DNA of 64,000 nt from Candidatus Poribacteria bacterium. Its GTDB lineage: Bacteria > Poribacteria > WGA-4E > WGA-3G. Below the pieces are notes generated by a model. It was given only the letters and a program-made list of their open reading frames with translations, was not told the origin of the DNA and made no database searches. The first letter of the stretch is position 1; each line of letters begins with the position of its first letter. The stretch is from assembly GCA_963663765.2 (NCBI GenBank), contig CAXXUA010000002.1:192001-256000 (forward strand), written 5' to 3'. Positions 40,988 through 50,370 of the stretch are shown here, piece after piece. The position numbers and the translations under genes are program-made.

Positions 40988-42061
40988 CTATGTTATATCC
41001 ATACAAAATTCCGCGATCATATTACGAATTTGGTTAATGTAAATATCATCACTCAATGCAGTGTTTATCAACAATGAAATTGCACGTTGTATCCTCAATC
41101 GTAAATCTCCCCATGCATCCACTAATAACTGACTTTCAGTTGCATCTGGTCTTGTTTGTGCGTGTAAAATCCTATTAATTATAGTAAGATAGGATAGTAA
41201 ATGATGACCATCTACGCGCGCAGAAACCTCATTTGTATAACATTTTTCTCGATTGTGGATTACCCATTCCGAATAAGTTCTAACTAATTCACGGTTCAGT
41301 AAGGATATAAAGTTACCATCCTCTTGAAATGCGCCAATACTGGTAAAATGTTGTACTAACCTGCGTTCCTGCCAATCCCACCCAATGCTTGCAAAATCTA
41401 TTAAATAAGGCACATCACCATTGATGACGATATTATTTCCTTGGTAGTCAAGACTGTCCAATGTTGTAGGTGCTTTCAGAAGAGTATTTGAAAGATTGTT
41501 CCATGCGGAATCAAGGTGGTCTAATTGTGAAGCAGTGAGTGGATTCTTCTGTAGATGTGCAAGATATCCAACTGTTTTCCTTCCCTGATCCAGTAAACTC
41601 TGCAGAATACTATGTGCATCAAATTGAAAAACATACGGCAAATACTGTGTCTTATTCTCAACAAAATGGGTTTCAATACGACATAGTTGTTTAATGATAT
41701 TATGCAACAATGGAGTAAGGTTTGATGTTGAACAATTCTGTGCAAAAGAATCAAGTGTCTCATCTCCAACCCATTCCAACAAGAGTGTCCGATGATTTTC
41801 CGATTCCCAAATCAGTTGCGGCACAGCACAGTCGCCGTTATGAAGCGAAGAAAGTGTAAACTTCTCAATCTGAAATGGAGTCATACCTGCTTTAGTTACC
41901 GGTTCAGTATTATCATGTTGTTTAAGTAGAAAATGCTTGTCTCTGATTCTCAGTCGGTGGACGTTCTGCTTTTCACGATTCCCGTGTAGAATCTTTTCAA
42001 TAATAATTTCAGTAGGTTTTATTTGAAAGTGATTCGCGATTTTATGTAATACTTCCTGCAT
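40988..42061 (-). CDS. APH/choline-kinase-like phosphotransferase family protein
   Basis: LLKQH, LLLEWVG, DYQGNNI and LIDFA kinase-like motifs; ggagga RBS. Confidence 0.65.
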   Translation of the reverse strand: MQEVLHKIANHFQIKPTEIIIEKILHGNREKQNVHRLRIRDKHFLLKQHDNTEPVTKAGMTPFQIEKFTLSSLHNGDCAVPQLIWESENHRTLLLEWVGDETLDSFAQNCSTSNLTPLLHNIIKQLCRIETHFVENKTQYLPYVFQFDAHSILQSLLDQGRKTVGYLAHLQKNPLTASQLDHLDSAWNNLSNTLLKAPTTLDSLDYQGNNIVINGDVPYLIDFASIGWDWQERRLVQHFTSIGAFQEDGNFISLLNRELVRTYSEWVIHNREKCYTNEVSARVDGHHLLSYLTIINRILHAQTRPDATESQLLVDAWGDLRLRIQRAISLLINTALSDDIYINQIRNMIAEFCMDIT

Positions 42062-42079
42062 ATCTGTCCTCCAGATACG

Positions 42080-42401
42080 TATGGTAAATTATGGAATTAA
42101 TTACACACTTGCACAGGTAGGAGCGACCTCCCGGTCGCGACCGTCCACTGAGTAGGTAGGAGCGACCTCCCGGTCGCGACCGTCCCCTGAGTAGGTAGGA
42201 GCGACCTCCCGGTCGCGACCGTCCACTGAGTGGGTAGGAACGACCTCCCGGTCACGACCGTATGGAGACCATGTATAAAAACAGTCGTGACAAGTAAATC
42301 AACGGTATGAATGCGCCTATGGCATTCCCCGGGTCGCTCCTACCAAATAAAAGAATAGAATACTTAGTAGAAATGTAAACTTATTTTCAAATTTCACCAT
42401 A
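42080..42401. mobile_element. TATGGT-ended element carrying a tandem array of four GTAG-REP units (period 39 bp, 42116-42261)
   Basis: Imperfect TIRs tatggtaaattatggaattaattacac / gtaaacttattttcaaatttcaccata; unit ggtaggagcgacctcccggtcgcgaccgt starts at 42116, 42155, 42194, 42233. Confidence 0.78.
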
Positions 42402-42514
42402 ATTTTGACGTGAACTATTGCTATCTGTTGAGTTTATATGTAAACATAAGAATTGAATTGTTTGTCGTAATTGTGATATAATATATTAACAATAAAGAAG
42501 AGTGAGATCAATAA

Positions 42515-43195
42515 ATGCACCTTGACTACCAAAAAGTTCTGGATCTGTCTTACATCGTTGATGAAAACAGTCCGCGCGAATTACCTATTGATCCTGTACG
42601 TATTTATGATCAGGCGACATTAGAAAAGGACGGTTATTTTGAAAGTAGAGTAGACATGTCTGGTCACTGTTCAACCCATATTGACACCCCTTGTTTGATG
42701 TATCCAGATGGCTATACTGTAGCAGAAATACCCAAAGAAAAACTAACAGGAAACGCCGTTTTAATGGATTTTTCTTCGGTCAAAAAACCTAAAGATGCTG
42801 TTACCGCAGAGGATGTTAGCGAATGGGTAAAAGCAAACGGAGAGATTCCTAAAGAGAGTATTGTTTTTATGCGGACTGGGATGGATAGGTTTGTCTATCA
42901 AGACAACTTCAACCGCGAATGGATTGGCTTTAGCGAAGATGCTGCAGAAATGTTGGTAGAAATGGGAATAAAGGTAATTGGCACGGATGCTTGTAGCATT
43001 GATTCAGTCGCAGGACATCCACCGTTACATGATGGTCTTCCCCCCGCGCACCTCGTTTTTCTTGGTGCAGGAATTCCACATGTCGAGGATTTATGTAACC
43101 TAAGCCAACTTCCAACACGTTTTTTTGTCGTAATAGCTCCACTTAAGTTAGCACGAAGTTCTGGGGCGCCAACACGTGTACTCGCTTTTGTATAA
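42515..43195 (+). CDS. Cyclase family metallohydrolase (kynurenine formamidase-like)
   Basis: HCSTHIDTP, GTDACSID, VEDLCNL, PLKL...GAPTRVLA. Confidence 0.85.
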   Translation: MHLDYQKVLDLSYIVDENSPRELPIDPVRIYDQATLEKDGYFESRVDMSGHCSTHIDTPCLMYPDGYTVAEIPKEKLTGNAVLMDFSSVKKPKDAVTAEDVSEWVKANGEIPKESIVFMRTGMDRFVYQDNFNREWIGFSEDAAEMLVEMGIKVIGTDACSIDSVAGHPPLHDGLPPAHLVFLGAGIPHVEDLCNLSQLPTRFFVVIAPLKLARSSGAPTRVLAFV

Positions 43196-43256
43196 TACTA
43201 TTGTGCTGCAACTCACCTTAAGCATACCGCAACCTTTGCTATATCTGAAATAAAAA

Positions 43257-44735
43257 ATGGAACTAAACATACCAGAGATGCTATCAGATTTGTTACGTGA
43301 AATCGGTCAGATAGGTGGCAAGCATGTTTATCTTGTTGGTGGATCAGTTCGTGATATAATACTTAAACGAAAAACTATTGACATTGACATTGTTGTAGAA
43401 GGGGATGCAATACGGATTGCACATGAGTTTCAAGATCGTTGGAATGGAAAACTGCAGACATATCCAGAATTCGGTACTGCAACCGTCACACGTTCTGATC
43501 CCATACTACCGAAGGTGGATTTCGCAACCGCACGAAGTGAAACGTATCAAAAGCCCGGAACGTTACCTAAGGTAAAACCTAACACGATAAATGAGGATTT
43601 ATTGCGGAGAGATTTTTCCATAAATGCATTAGCTATGCGTTTAGACAAAGATGCATTTGGAACATTTATAGATAAGACTGATGGACTTGACGATCTAAAG
43701 TCAGGAACTATTCGCGTTCTACATAACAAGAGTTACACAGACGATCCGACACGTATATTTCGCGCATGTAGATACGCAGCACGTTACAACTTCCACATTG
43801 CAGATGCGGATATAGAATTGATTCAAAAAGCAATACCTCAAATTGCATTTCTTAGTGGTGAGCGAATTCGGAATGAAATTGACCGCATATTTCTTGAAGA
43901 TTGTACATCCACAGTTATTCACCAACTTTCTGATTGGGGTGTCTTCAATACTATAATTCCAGGATGGGTGGTCTCTTCAACATTTTCAAAAGACTACAAG
44001 ACTTCTCAAAAAGCAATTTCGTGGGCATCACAGAATCTTACTGACATAGATTTTCAAACGAATATAGTTCAATGGATGACTCTATTCGGATTAAGCAATT
44101 CATTGAGTATGCCAAAATATATGATTGAAGCAATCTGCTTCAGACTTGTTTTATATCAACAACTTCGCAAGGTTGCAAGCATACCTTCAATAGCGGAACA
44201 GAATACCGATAGTCATAGCCAACTCATAAAAGTTTTTGAAAAACTTGATATTCCGCTTTCAAACGATGTTAGTTTTGACTATCAGAACGGAAAATGGTGC
44301 ATTGTTGATAATGAAAACAAGGCAACCTATGTCTATGGAGATGGAAACTTATACAATGTTCATACGCCTTTAACTGTTTTTCGTCAATTAATGCACATTT
44401 TGGATTCGTTGAATAACAGATTACCAACAAGCAGAATATATCAGTTATTGAAACCCATTCCAGTGGAAGCTCTTGTTTTGGGTTATACAGATACGAATAT
44501 AGCTAAACTAAAACGTAATATAATTGCAGATTACCTTATAAGCTTGCGACAAGTAAAACCAATTATTAACGGAGATGACCTGATCCAATGGGGTGAAATA
44601 CCTGGTAAGAAATTTGAGACAATTCTTTGGAAACTTTTCGCTGCTCAATTAGATGGAAAAATCAAAACAAAATCCGAGGCATACACACGGTTTTTAACTA
44701 TTATTAATCATTCTAAGAAACAATTCGAAAATTAG
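43257..44735 (+). CDS. cca: tRNA nucleotidyltransferase (CCA/A-adding, poly(A) polymerase family)
   Basis: YLVGGSVRD, DIDIVVEG, DFATAR, EDLLRRDFSINA, DDPTRIFRA. Confidence 0.88.
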   Translation: MELNIPEMLSDLLREIGQIGGKHVYLVGGSVRDIILKRKTIDIDIVVEGDAIRIAHEFQDRWNGKLQTYPEFGTATVTRSDPILPKVDFATARSETYQKPGTLPKVKPNTINEDLLRRDFSINALAMRLDKDAFGTFIDKTDGLDDLKSGTIRVLHNKSYTDDPTRIFRACRYAARYNFHIADADIELIQKAIPQIAFLSGERIRNEIDRIFLEDCTSTVIHQLSDWGVFNTIIPGWVVSSTFSKDYKTSQKAISWASQNLTDIDFQTNIVQWMTLFGLSNSLSMPKYMIEAICFRLVLYQQLRKVASIPSIAEQNTDSHSQLIKVFEKLDIPLSNDVSFDYQNGKWCIVDNENKATYVYGDGNLYNVHTPLTVFRQLMHILDSLNNRLPTSRIYQLLKPIPVEALVLGYTDTNIAKLKRNIIADYLISLRQVKPIINGDDLIQWGEIPGKKFETILWKLFAAQLDGKIKTKSEAYTRFLTIINHSKKQFEN

Positions 44736-44758
44736 AAATATTGGAATTTACATAGTTT

Positions 44759-45445
44759 ATGTTGACACCAGAAACCATCTATTCAGCAATTCTTACAATT
44801 ACACAGTTCATCATCTTATTAACTTTTCACGAATGGGGACATGCTAAATCAGCATATATGTTAGGAGATTCAACTGCGCGTGATCAAGGACGACTTTCGT
44901 TAAATCCGGCTGTGCATATTGATCCTATTGGAACGCTTCTTTTACCAATGATTGGATCGTTGATGGGAGGAGGATTTTTCGGATGGGCAAAACCAGTACC
45001 CGTTAACCCGTATAACCTGAAAAAACCGAGAAGAGACCTTATGCTGATCGCGGCAGCAGGTCCTTTTATGAATATTGTTTTAACTTTTGTAATTTTTGGA
45101 TTAATCCATGTATTTGAACTAATCCATGGTTATCGTTCATTTGATGCAAACACTTACGTAGGTATAAAGACATTTCTAATTAATTCTGGAATTATAAGTG
45201 TATTCCTTGCAGCCTTTAATATGCTACCACTTTTTCCTTTAGATGGTTTCAGTGTTGTAAATGGTATTTTACCCGAAAGTTTATCTCGAGAATTCTCTAA
45301 ACTTGCTACGTATGGCATGCCTATTCTAATGGCAATTATTTTTCTTCCAATTATTTTTGGAATTCCAAATTATGTTTTCATTTTTCTTTTTGATATAACA
45401 ATGGAGACATTCAATTTAATAGGAAAAATCATGGGAATCCGATAG
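44759..45445 (+). CDS. Site-2 protease (M50) family protein
   Basis: HEWGH, GRLSLNP, GWAKPVPVN, AGPFMN, FNMLPLFPLDG. Confidence 0.92.
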   Translation: MLTPETIYSAILTITQFIILLTFHEWGHAKSAYMLGDSTARDQGRLSLNPAVHIDPIGTLLLPMIGSLMGGGFFGWAKPVPVNPYNLKKPRRDLMLIAAAGPFMNIVLTFVIFGLIHVFELIHGYRSFDANTYVGIKTFLINSGIISVFLAAFNMLPLFPLDGFSVVNGILPESLSREFSKLATYGMPILMAIIFLPIIFGIPNYVFIFLFDITMETFNLIGKIMGIR

Positions 45446-45483
45446 TACATTTCATTTAACTAATGCTATAGACAAAGACATCA

Positions 45484-46263
45484 ATGTTAGAACAAATTTC
45501 ATCGACCAATTCATCATTACATCCTATATACTCTATAAAAATAGATGGTTTTGAGGGACCACTTGACCTTCTTCTTGAACTAATACAGAAGGAGGAGATG
45601 GATATACGCGATATTCAGATATCTATAATTACAGATCGCTATCTTGAATATGTAAATCTAATGGAACAGTTAGATCTGGATCTGGCATCTGAATTCTTGG
45701 TAATGGCAGCAAGACTGTTACATATAAAATCAGAAAGCATTCTTCCACAAATTGCTGAAAAGACTAAGTATCCGATTGGCAATCAAGCTCAACTTGTTCA
45801 ACAACTACTGGAATATAAACGGTATAAGGAAGCAGCACAAGTATTGGATGTTTATGCAGAAAAACGCACTTTAATTTACAATCGAAGTTCCAAGTTGCAC
45901 TCTGATTTAGATGGAACACGTACCTATGAAATAAAAGCGACACTTTTTGATCTACTTACTGCCTTTAAGAACATAAATGACAGAATATCAAATATTGAAC
46001 AGGATGAGGAATACCATACAGTTGAAGAAGAAACCATTACTGTTGAGGATAAAATTGCTTTCATAGAAAGGCAATTAGCCAACGATGACCAACTACTTTT
46101 TGATGATTTATTTCATTTCACATCAAGTAAATTAGACCTCATTGTTACTTTTCTTGCTATATTAGAACTGATAAGATTAGGCACAATCGTCACTGTACAA
46201 ACTGGATTGTTTGAAAGTATTTATATCGTCAAACCAGTCACAGAAAACAGCGGTTCTATTTAA
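45484..46263 (+). CDS. scpA: Segregation/condensation protein A
   Basis: FEGPLDLLLELI, EFLVMAARLLHIKS, IVTFLAILEL. Confidence 0.93.
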   Translation: MLEQISSTNSSLHPIYSIKIDGFEGPLDLLLELIQKEEMDIRDIQISIITDRYLEYVNLMEQLDLDLASEFLVMAARLLHIKSESILPQIAEKTKYPIGNQAQLVQQLLEYKRYKEAAQVLDVYAEKRTLIYNRSSKLHSDLDGTRTYEIKATLFDLLTAFKNINDRISNIEQDEEYHTVEEETITVEDKIAFIERQLANDDQLLFDDLFHFTSSKLDLIVTFLAILELIRLGTIVTVQTGLFESIYIVKPVTENSGSI

Positions 46264-46284
46264 AATATTCTGGGAAATCCCATA

Positions 46285-46923
46285 ATGGAAACAGAAGATA
46301 TAATTACTGACAATAATACATACCCGCAGCAAGATCGATCAAAGAACAATCCAAAATCTATATTGGAGGCGATACTATTTGCTGCAAGCGAACCAATCAC
46401 TGTAAAGCAGTTTCAACATGCACTACCAGCGATGAATGTACGCGAGATAAGAAAAGCACTCACAGAAATTCAAGATGATTATCAAAGTACTAATAGAAGT
46501 TTTCGGTTAATGGAAATTGCAAACGGATATCAAATATGTACTCGTCCAGAATTCTCTGATTGGATACGAAAGTTTTACATCCAACAAGTACGTGTAACCT
46601 TGTCACCATCCGCTTTAGAAACGCTTGCAATAGTCGCATACAAACAACCAGTAACTCGGAATGAAGTATCAACTATTCGCGGGGTCAACAGCGACAGCGT
46701 TATCAGTTCTCTCGTTGAAAAAGAACTTGTCTGTGTTTCAGGGAGAAAAGAAGGGGCTGGTCGTTCGCTCTTGTTTTCTACTACAGATACATTTCTTCAG
46801 CAATTTGGATTGAAAGACCCTTCCGAATTACCCTCTCTTGAGGAAATTGAACAACTCCTTTCCCCATCAAATGGACTTGAGAATCTTCCCACCGGTCAGG
46901 AGGAAGCTGAAAATGAATTATAA
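46285..46923 (+). CDS. scpB: Segregation/condensation protein B
   Basis: LEAILFA, ALETLAIVAYKQPVTR, IRGVNS, FLQQFGL. Confidence 0.93.
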   Translation: METEDIITDNNTYPQQDRSKNNPKSILEAILFAASEPITVKQFQHALPAMNVREIRKALTEIQDDYQSTNRSFRLMEIANGYQICTRPEFSDWIRKFYIQQVRVTLSPSALETLAIVAYKQPVTRNEVSTIRGVNSDSVISSLVEKELVCVSGRKEGAGRSLLFSTTDTFLQQFGLKDPSELPSLEEIEQLLSPSNGLENLPTGQEEAENEL

Positions 46924-48235
46924 TGCTTGGTTTGAATGTGATTCAGGATGTACCTATCCACTCACTGAAGTCATCTATCGTTGCAAAAACTGCGATGGTC
47001 TATTAAAGGTCAATCACGACTTAGATGTGTTGAAGCAAAGAAGTGCGGATGATTGGAAAACTCTTTTTGAACAACGTTATATGCGAACACAATACCCGTA
47101 TGGTAGCGGTGTTTGGGGGAAAAAGGAACTTGTTTGTCCTATAGTTGATGATAACAACATTATCTCAATGTATGAGGGTGGCACGAACTTGTTCTGGGCA
47201 GAACGTTTCGGTGAACAACTTGGACTCCCAGACCTTTGGATAAAACAGTGTGGTAATAGTCATACCGGTTCATTCAAAGACCTTGGAATGACAGTGTTGG
47301 TTTCTATGGTGAACCAGATTATATCAGATGGTGGAAATATACGAGCTGTCATGTGTGCTTCTACGGGTGATACTTCTGCCTCTTTAGCAGCTTATACTTC
47401 TGCAGCGGGAATCCCAGCTATTATCCTGCTACCTAAAGAGAAGGTTACCCGCGAACAACTTATCCAACCGATTGCTAACGGTGCATTGACCCTATCACTT
47501 GAAACCGACTTTGATGGATGCATGGATATCGTTCAAAAACTTGCTGCACGAAATGATTTCTATTTAGCAAATTCAATTAATTCACTTCGTATTGAAGGAC
47601 AGAAAACTATTAGTATTGAAATTGTACAGCAGTTTGATTGGGATGTACCTGATTGGATAATCATCCCTGGCGGTAATCTTGGAAATGTCTCTGCACTCGG
47701 TTTAGGTTTCCTAATGATGAAGCAACTTGGGATAATAGACAGACTACCACGTATCGCATGTGCCCAAGCAGAGCGCGCCAACCCACTCTATCGCAGTTAT
47801 AAAACTGGGTTCACGGAGTTTAAAGCCATCACAGCACAATCAACACAAGCAACAGCTATCCAAATCGGTAATCCTGTTTCAATTCACCGAGCAATACGTG
47901 TCTTGAAGCAGTTTGATGGCATTGTAGATCAAGCATCTGAAGTAGAATTAGCAGACGCCGCCGCAAGAGCTGATAGAACTGGACTCTTCAACTGTCCACA
48001 CACAGGCGTAGCATTAGCTGTACTCATAAAAATGATAGAACGAAAACAGATACAAAAAACTGAAAAAGTCATTGTCATTTCAACTGCTAATGGCCTCAAA
48101 TTTCCTGATTTTAAAGTTGCATATCATAATGTTGTTCCTAATGAATCCGCCCCGAAATATTATAACGCCCCAATTGAATTAGAAGCGAACTATGACAATG
48201 TACTCAAGCAAATAGACAAACAACTGAATGTGTAG
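46913..48235 (+). CDS. thrC: Threonine synthase
   Basis: HTGSFKDLG PLP-lysine, CASTGDTSA, PGGNLGN, STANGLKF; ATG 46913 with aggagg RBS. Confidence 0.93.
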   Translation: MNYNAWFECDSGCTYPLTEVIYRCKNCDGLLKVNHDLDVLKQRSADDWKTLFEQRYMRTQYPYGSGVWGKKELVCPIVDDNNIISMYEGGTNLFWAERFGEQLGLPDLWIKQCGNSHTGSFKDLGMTVLVSMVNQIISDGGNIRAVMCASTGDTSASLAAYTSAAGIPAIILLPKEKVTREQLIQPIANGALTLSLETDFDGCMDIVQKLAARNDFYLANSINSLRIEGQKTISIEIVQQFDWDVPDWIIIPGGNLGNVSALGLGFLMMKQLGIIDRLPRIACAQAERANPLYRSYKTGFTEFKAITAQSTQATAIQIGNPVSIHRAIRVLKQFDGIVDQASEVELADAAARADRTGLFNCPHTGVALAVLIKMIERKQIQKTEKVIVISTANGLKFPDFKVAYHNVVPNESAPKYYNAPIELEANYDNVLKQIDKQLNV

Positions 48236-48284
48236 GGTGTGCAAAGTTTTGGTTGCTGGACGTAGGGGCGGGGTCTCCCTGCCC

Positions 48285-48427
48285 CATAGGCGTCAATTTA
48301 AGAAAAAAGTGTTGGCATTTTCTCTTTTGGGAGGGGTTTTCAACCCCGATTTTATGTTCATTTTCTCTCAAATCGGGGTTGAAAACCCCTCCTACAAGAG
48401 GTCAAAACCCTTAAATTGACGCCTATG
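48285..48427. mobile_element. 143-bp CATAGG-ended MITE inserted in a REP hairpin
   Basis: 18-bp TIR cataggcgtcaatttaag / cttaaattgacgcctatg; 19-bp direct repeat gggcggggtctccctgccc (48266-48284, 48428-48446). Confidence 0.85.
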
Positions 48428-48545
48428 GGGCGGGGTCTCCCTGCCCGAACAGAAGTTTTACGCGGGCGAGGAAACCTCACCCCTACGATGTCCACAGTTC
48501 CCTAACGTCAAGTAAGCTTTGATAGTAACTGGACGGACTTCTTTT

Positions 48546-48667
48546 CAGAACTTACGCACCCAACGGTAGGCGCGCTTTGTAAGCGCGCTGGAAACCGAAA
48601 AAATGCTGAAAATTACACCATTTTCGTCATAATTCTTCATCAAATCATGAAAACTGCGTAAGTTCTG
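48546..48667. mobile_element. 122-bp MITE, CAGAACTTACGCA variant, 5-bp target duplication
   Basis: TIR cagaacttacgca / tgcgtaagttctg; ctttt at 48541-48545 and 48668-48672. Confidence 0.88.
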
Positions 48668-48714
48668 CTTTTAATATCAGAGTTTCTACAAAAACTTTAC
48701 ACACCCGAATGTGT

Positions 48715-49075
48715 CAGGGTTATTCAGTTTTAGGAGTTTTCTGTTATTGAGACTTACTGAAAGTTAATACCCAAATGAGGTTTCCTAACTGCCCCTTATA
48801 CATCAATTTTAGATTATTCAAACATGAACATCGCTCTTTAAGTCCCGTAGGGACGACATGTTTATAGAAAACGAATACCCTCCCCAGCTCTTTAGTCCCG
48901 TAGGGACGATATGTTTATTCTTCTATGCCGTTCCTACGGAACTCAAGAGAGTTAGATAACATTTTTCTATAAACATATCGTCCCTACGGGACTAAAGACA
49001 CGGACAAGATGGCAACACATAAAATTAACGTCATAGCAAAAAATCATCAAAAACACCTAGAACTAAATAACCCTG
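48715..49075. mobile_element. CAGGG-ended MITE with GTAG-REP cluster
   Basis: TIR cagggttattcagttttagg / cctagaactaaataaccctg; cgaatgtgt at 48706-48714 and 49076-49084. Confidence 0.85.
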
Positions 49076-49091
49076 CGAATGTGTAAAAACT

Positions 49092-49121
49092 TTGTAAAAA
49101 TAATTGAAATTGTGCTATAAT
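49092..49121 (+). promoter_or_regulatory. Putative sigma70 promoter of xylA
   Basis: ttgtaa-18 bp-tataat with extended -10 (TGcTATAAT). Confidence 0.55.
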
Positions 49122-49154
49122 CCAATATAAACGACAATAAATAGGAGTTAATGC

Positions 49155-50324
49155 ATGTCAGATCAGTTTCAACCCAAACCTGAACACAAGTTTACTTTTG
49201 GGTTGTGGACGGTGGGAAACCCAGGGCGCGATCCATTTGGAGACGTTGTTAGACCCACATTGAAACCTACATATAGTGTCCAAAAATTGAGCGAATTGGG
49301 TGCGTATGGTGTCAACCTACACGATAACGACTTAGTTCCATTTGATGCTACTACAACTGAACGCGATCAAATCGTCAGTGAATTCAAGCAAGCTCTTGAT
49401 GATAACGGTATGAAAGTACCGATGGCTACTACCAACCTTTTTTATCATCCGATCTTTAAAGATGGTGCTTTTACCTCAAATGACCCAAAAGTTAGAGCAT
49501 TTGCTATTCAAAAGACATTAAACGCCATTGACCTCGGTGTTGAACTTGGTGCAACTGTGTATGTGTTCTGGGGTGGTCGAGAAGGAGCAGAGGTAGATGC
49601 CGCTAAACACGGTCCTGATACAATCAAATGGAACCGAGAGGCGATGAACTTCTTCACACATTATGTCAAAGATCAAGGTTATGATCTCAAATTCGCTTTA
49701 GAAGCCAAGCCAAATGAACCACGTGGGGACATTTACCTGCCAACAACCGGGCACATGCTTCATTTCATTGAAACACTTGATCATCATGAAATGGTCGGTG
49801 TCAATCCCGAATTTGCACATGAAACTATGGCAGGATTAAATTTTATTCACGGTGTTGCACAAGCTTATGAAGCTGGAAAGTTATTCCATATTGACCTTAA
49901 TGACCAGAAAATGAGTCGTTTCGACCAGGACTTACGGTTCGGTTCAGAAAATATCAAAAGTGCGTTCTTCCTCGTAAAATTCCTTGAAGATGTAAACTGG
50001 AATGGTAACAGACACTTTGATGCACACGCTTACCGAACCGAAGATGAACAAGGAGTTTGGGATTTCGCAGCAGGATGTATGCGTAGTTACCTAATATTGA
50101 AAGAAAAAGCTGAACAGTTCAATGAAGATAAAGAGATACAAGGAATTCTCGCTGAACTTCGATCACGGGATCCTGAACTTGAATCACTCATGGCAAATTA
50201 TAGTTCTGAAAACTCTGAAAAAATTAGAAAGATTGATTTCAAACCTGAAGTGATAGCACAAAAAGGACTGGGATACGAAAAGTTAGATCAACTTACATTT
50301 GAGATCTTAACAGGAGTTCGATAA
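49155..50324 (+). CDS. xylA: Xylose isomerase (class I, actinobacterial/Thermus type)
   Basis: [55 protein letters not shown]. Confidence 0.95.
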   Translation: MSDQFQPKPEHKFTFGLWTVGNPGRDPFGDVVRPTLKPTYSVQKLSELGAYGVNLHDNDLVPFDATTTERDQIVSEFKQALDDNGMKVPMATTNLFYHPIFKDGAFTSNDPKVRAFAIQKTLNAIDLGVELGATVYVFWGGREGAEVDAAKHGPDTIKWNREAMNFFTHYVKDQGYDLKFALEAKPNEPRGDIYLPTTGHMLHFIETLDHHEMVGVNPEFAHETMAGLNFIHGVAQAYEAGKLFHIDLNDQKMSRFDQDLRFGSENIKSAFFLVKFLEDVNWNGNRHFDAHAYRTEDEQGVWDFAAGCMRSYLILKEKAEQFNEDKEIQGILAELRSRDPELESLMANYSSENSEKIRKIDFKPEVIAQKGLGYEKLDQLTFEILTGVR

Positions 50325-50370
50325 TTTCTGGTCATCTGTGCACTTTTCTATGATTTGATGGAATCTAATT

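Larger units (their letters stand above)
48235..48706. mobile_element. GGGTGTG-ended MITE containing a GTAG REPIN and two nested elements
   Basis: TIR gggtgtgcaaagtttt / aaaactttacacaccc; target gaatgtgt(a) at 48226-48234 and 48707-48714. Confidence 0.82.

Noticed and set aside
42116-42261. Possible CRISPR array (four 29-bp palindromic repeats)
   Set aside because: Spacers are only 10 bp and nearly identical, there are no cas genes, and the same unit occurs as a REP at 5432-5475
48228-48419. 63-aa ORF after thrC
   Set aside because: Translation of MITE/REP sequence
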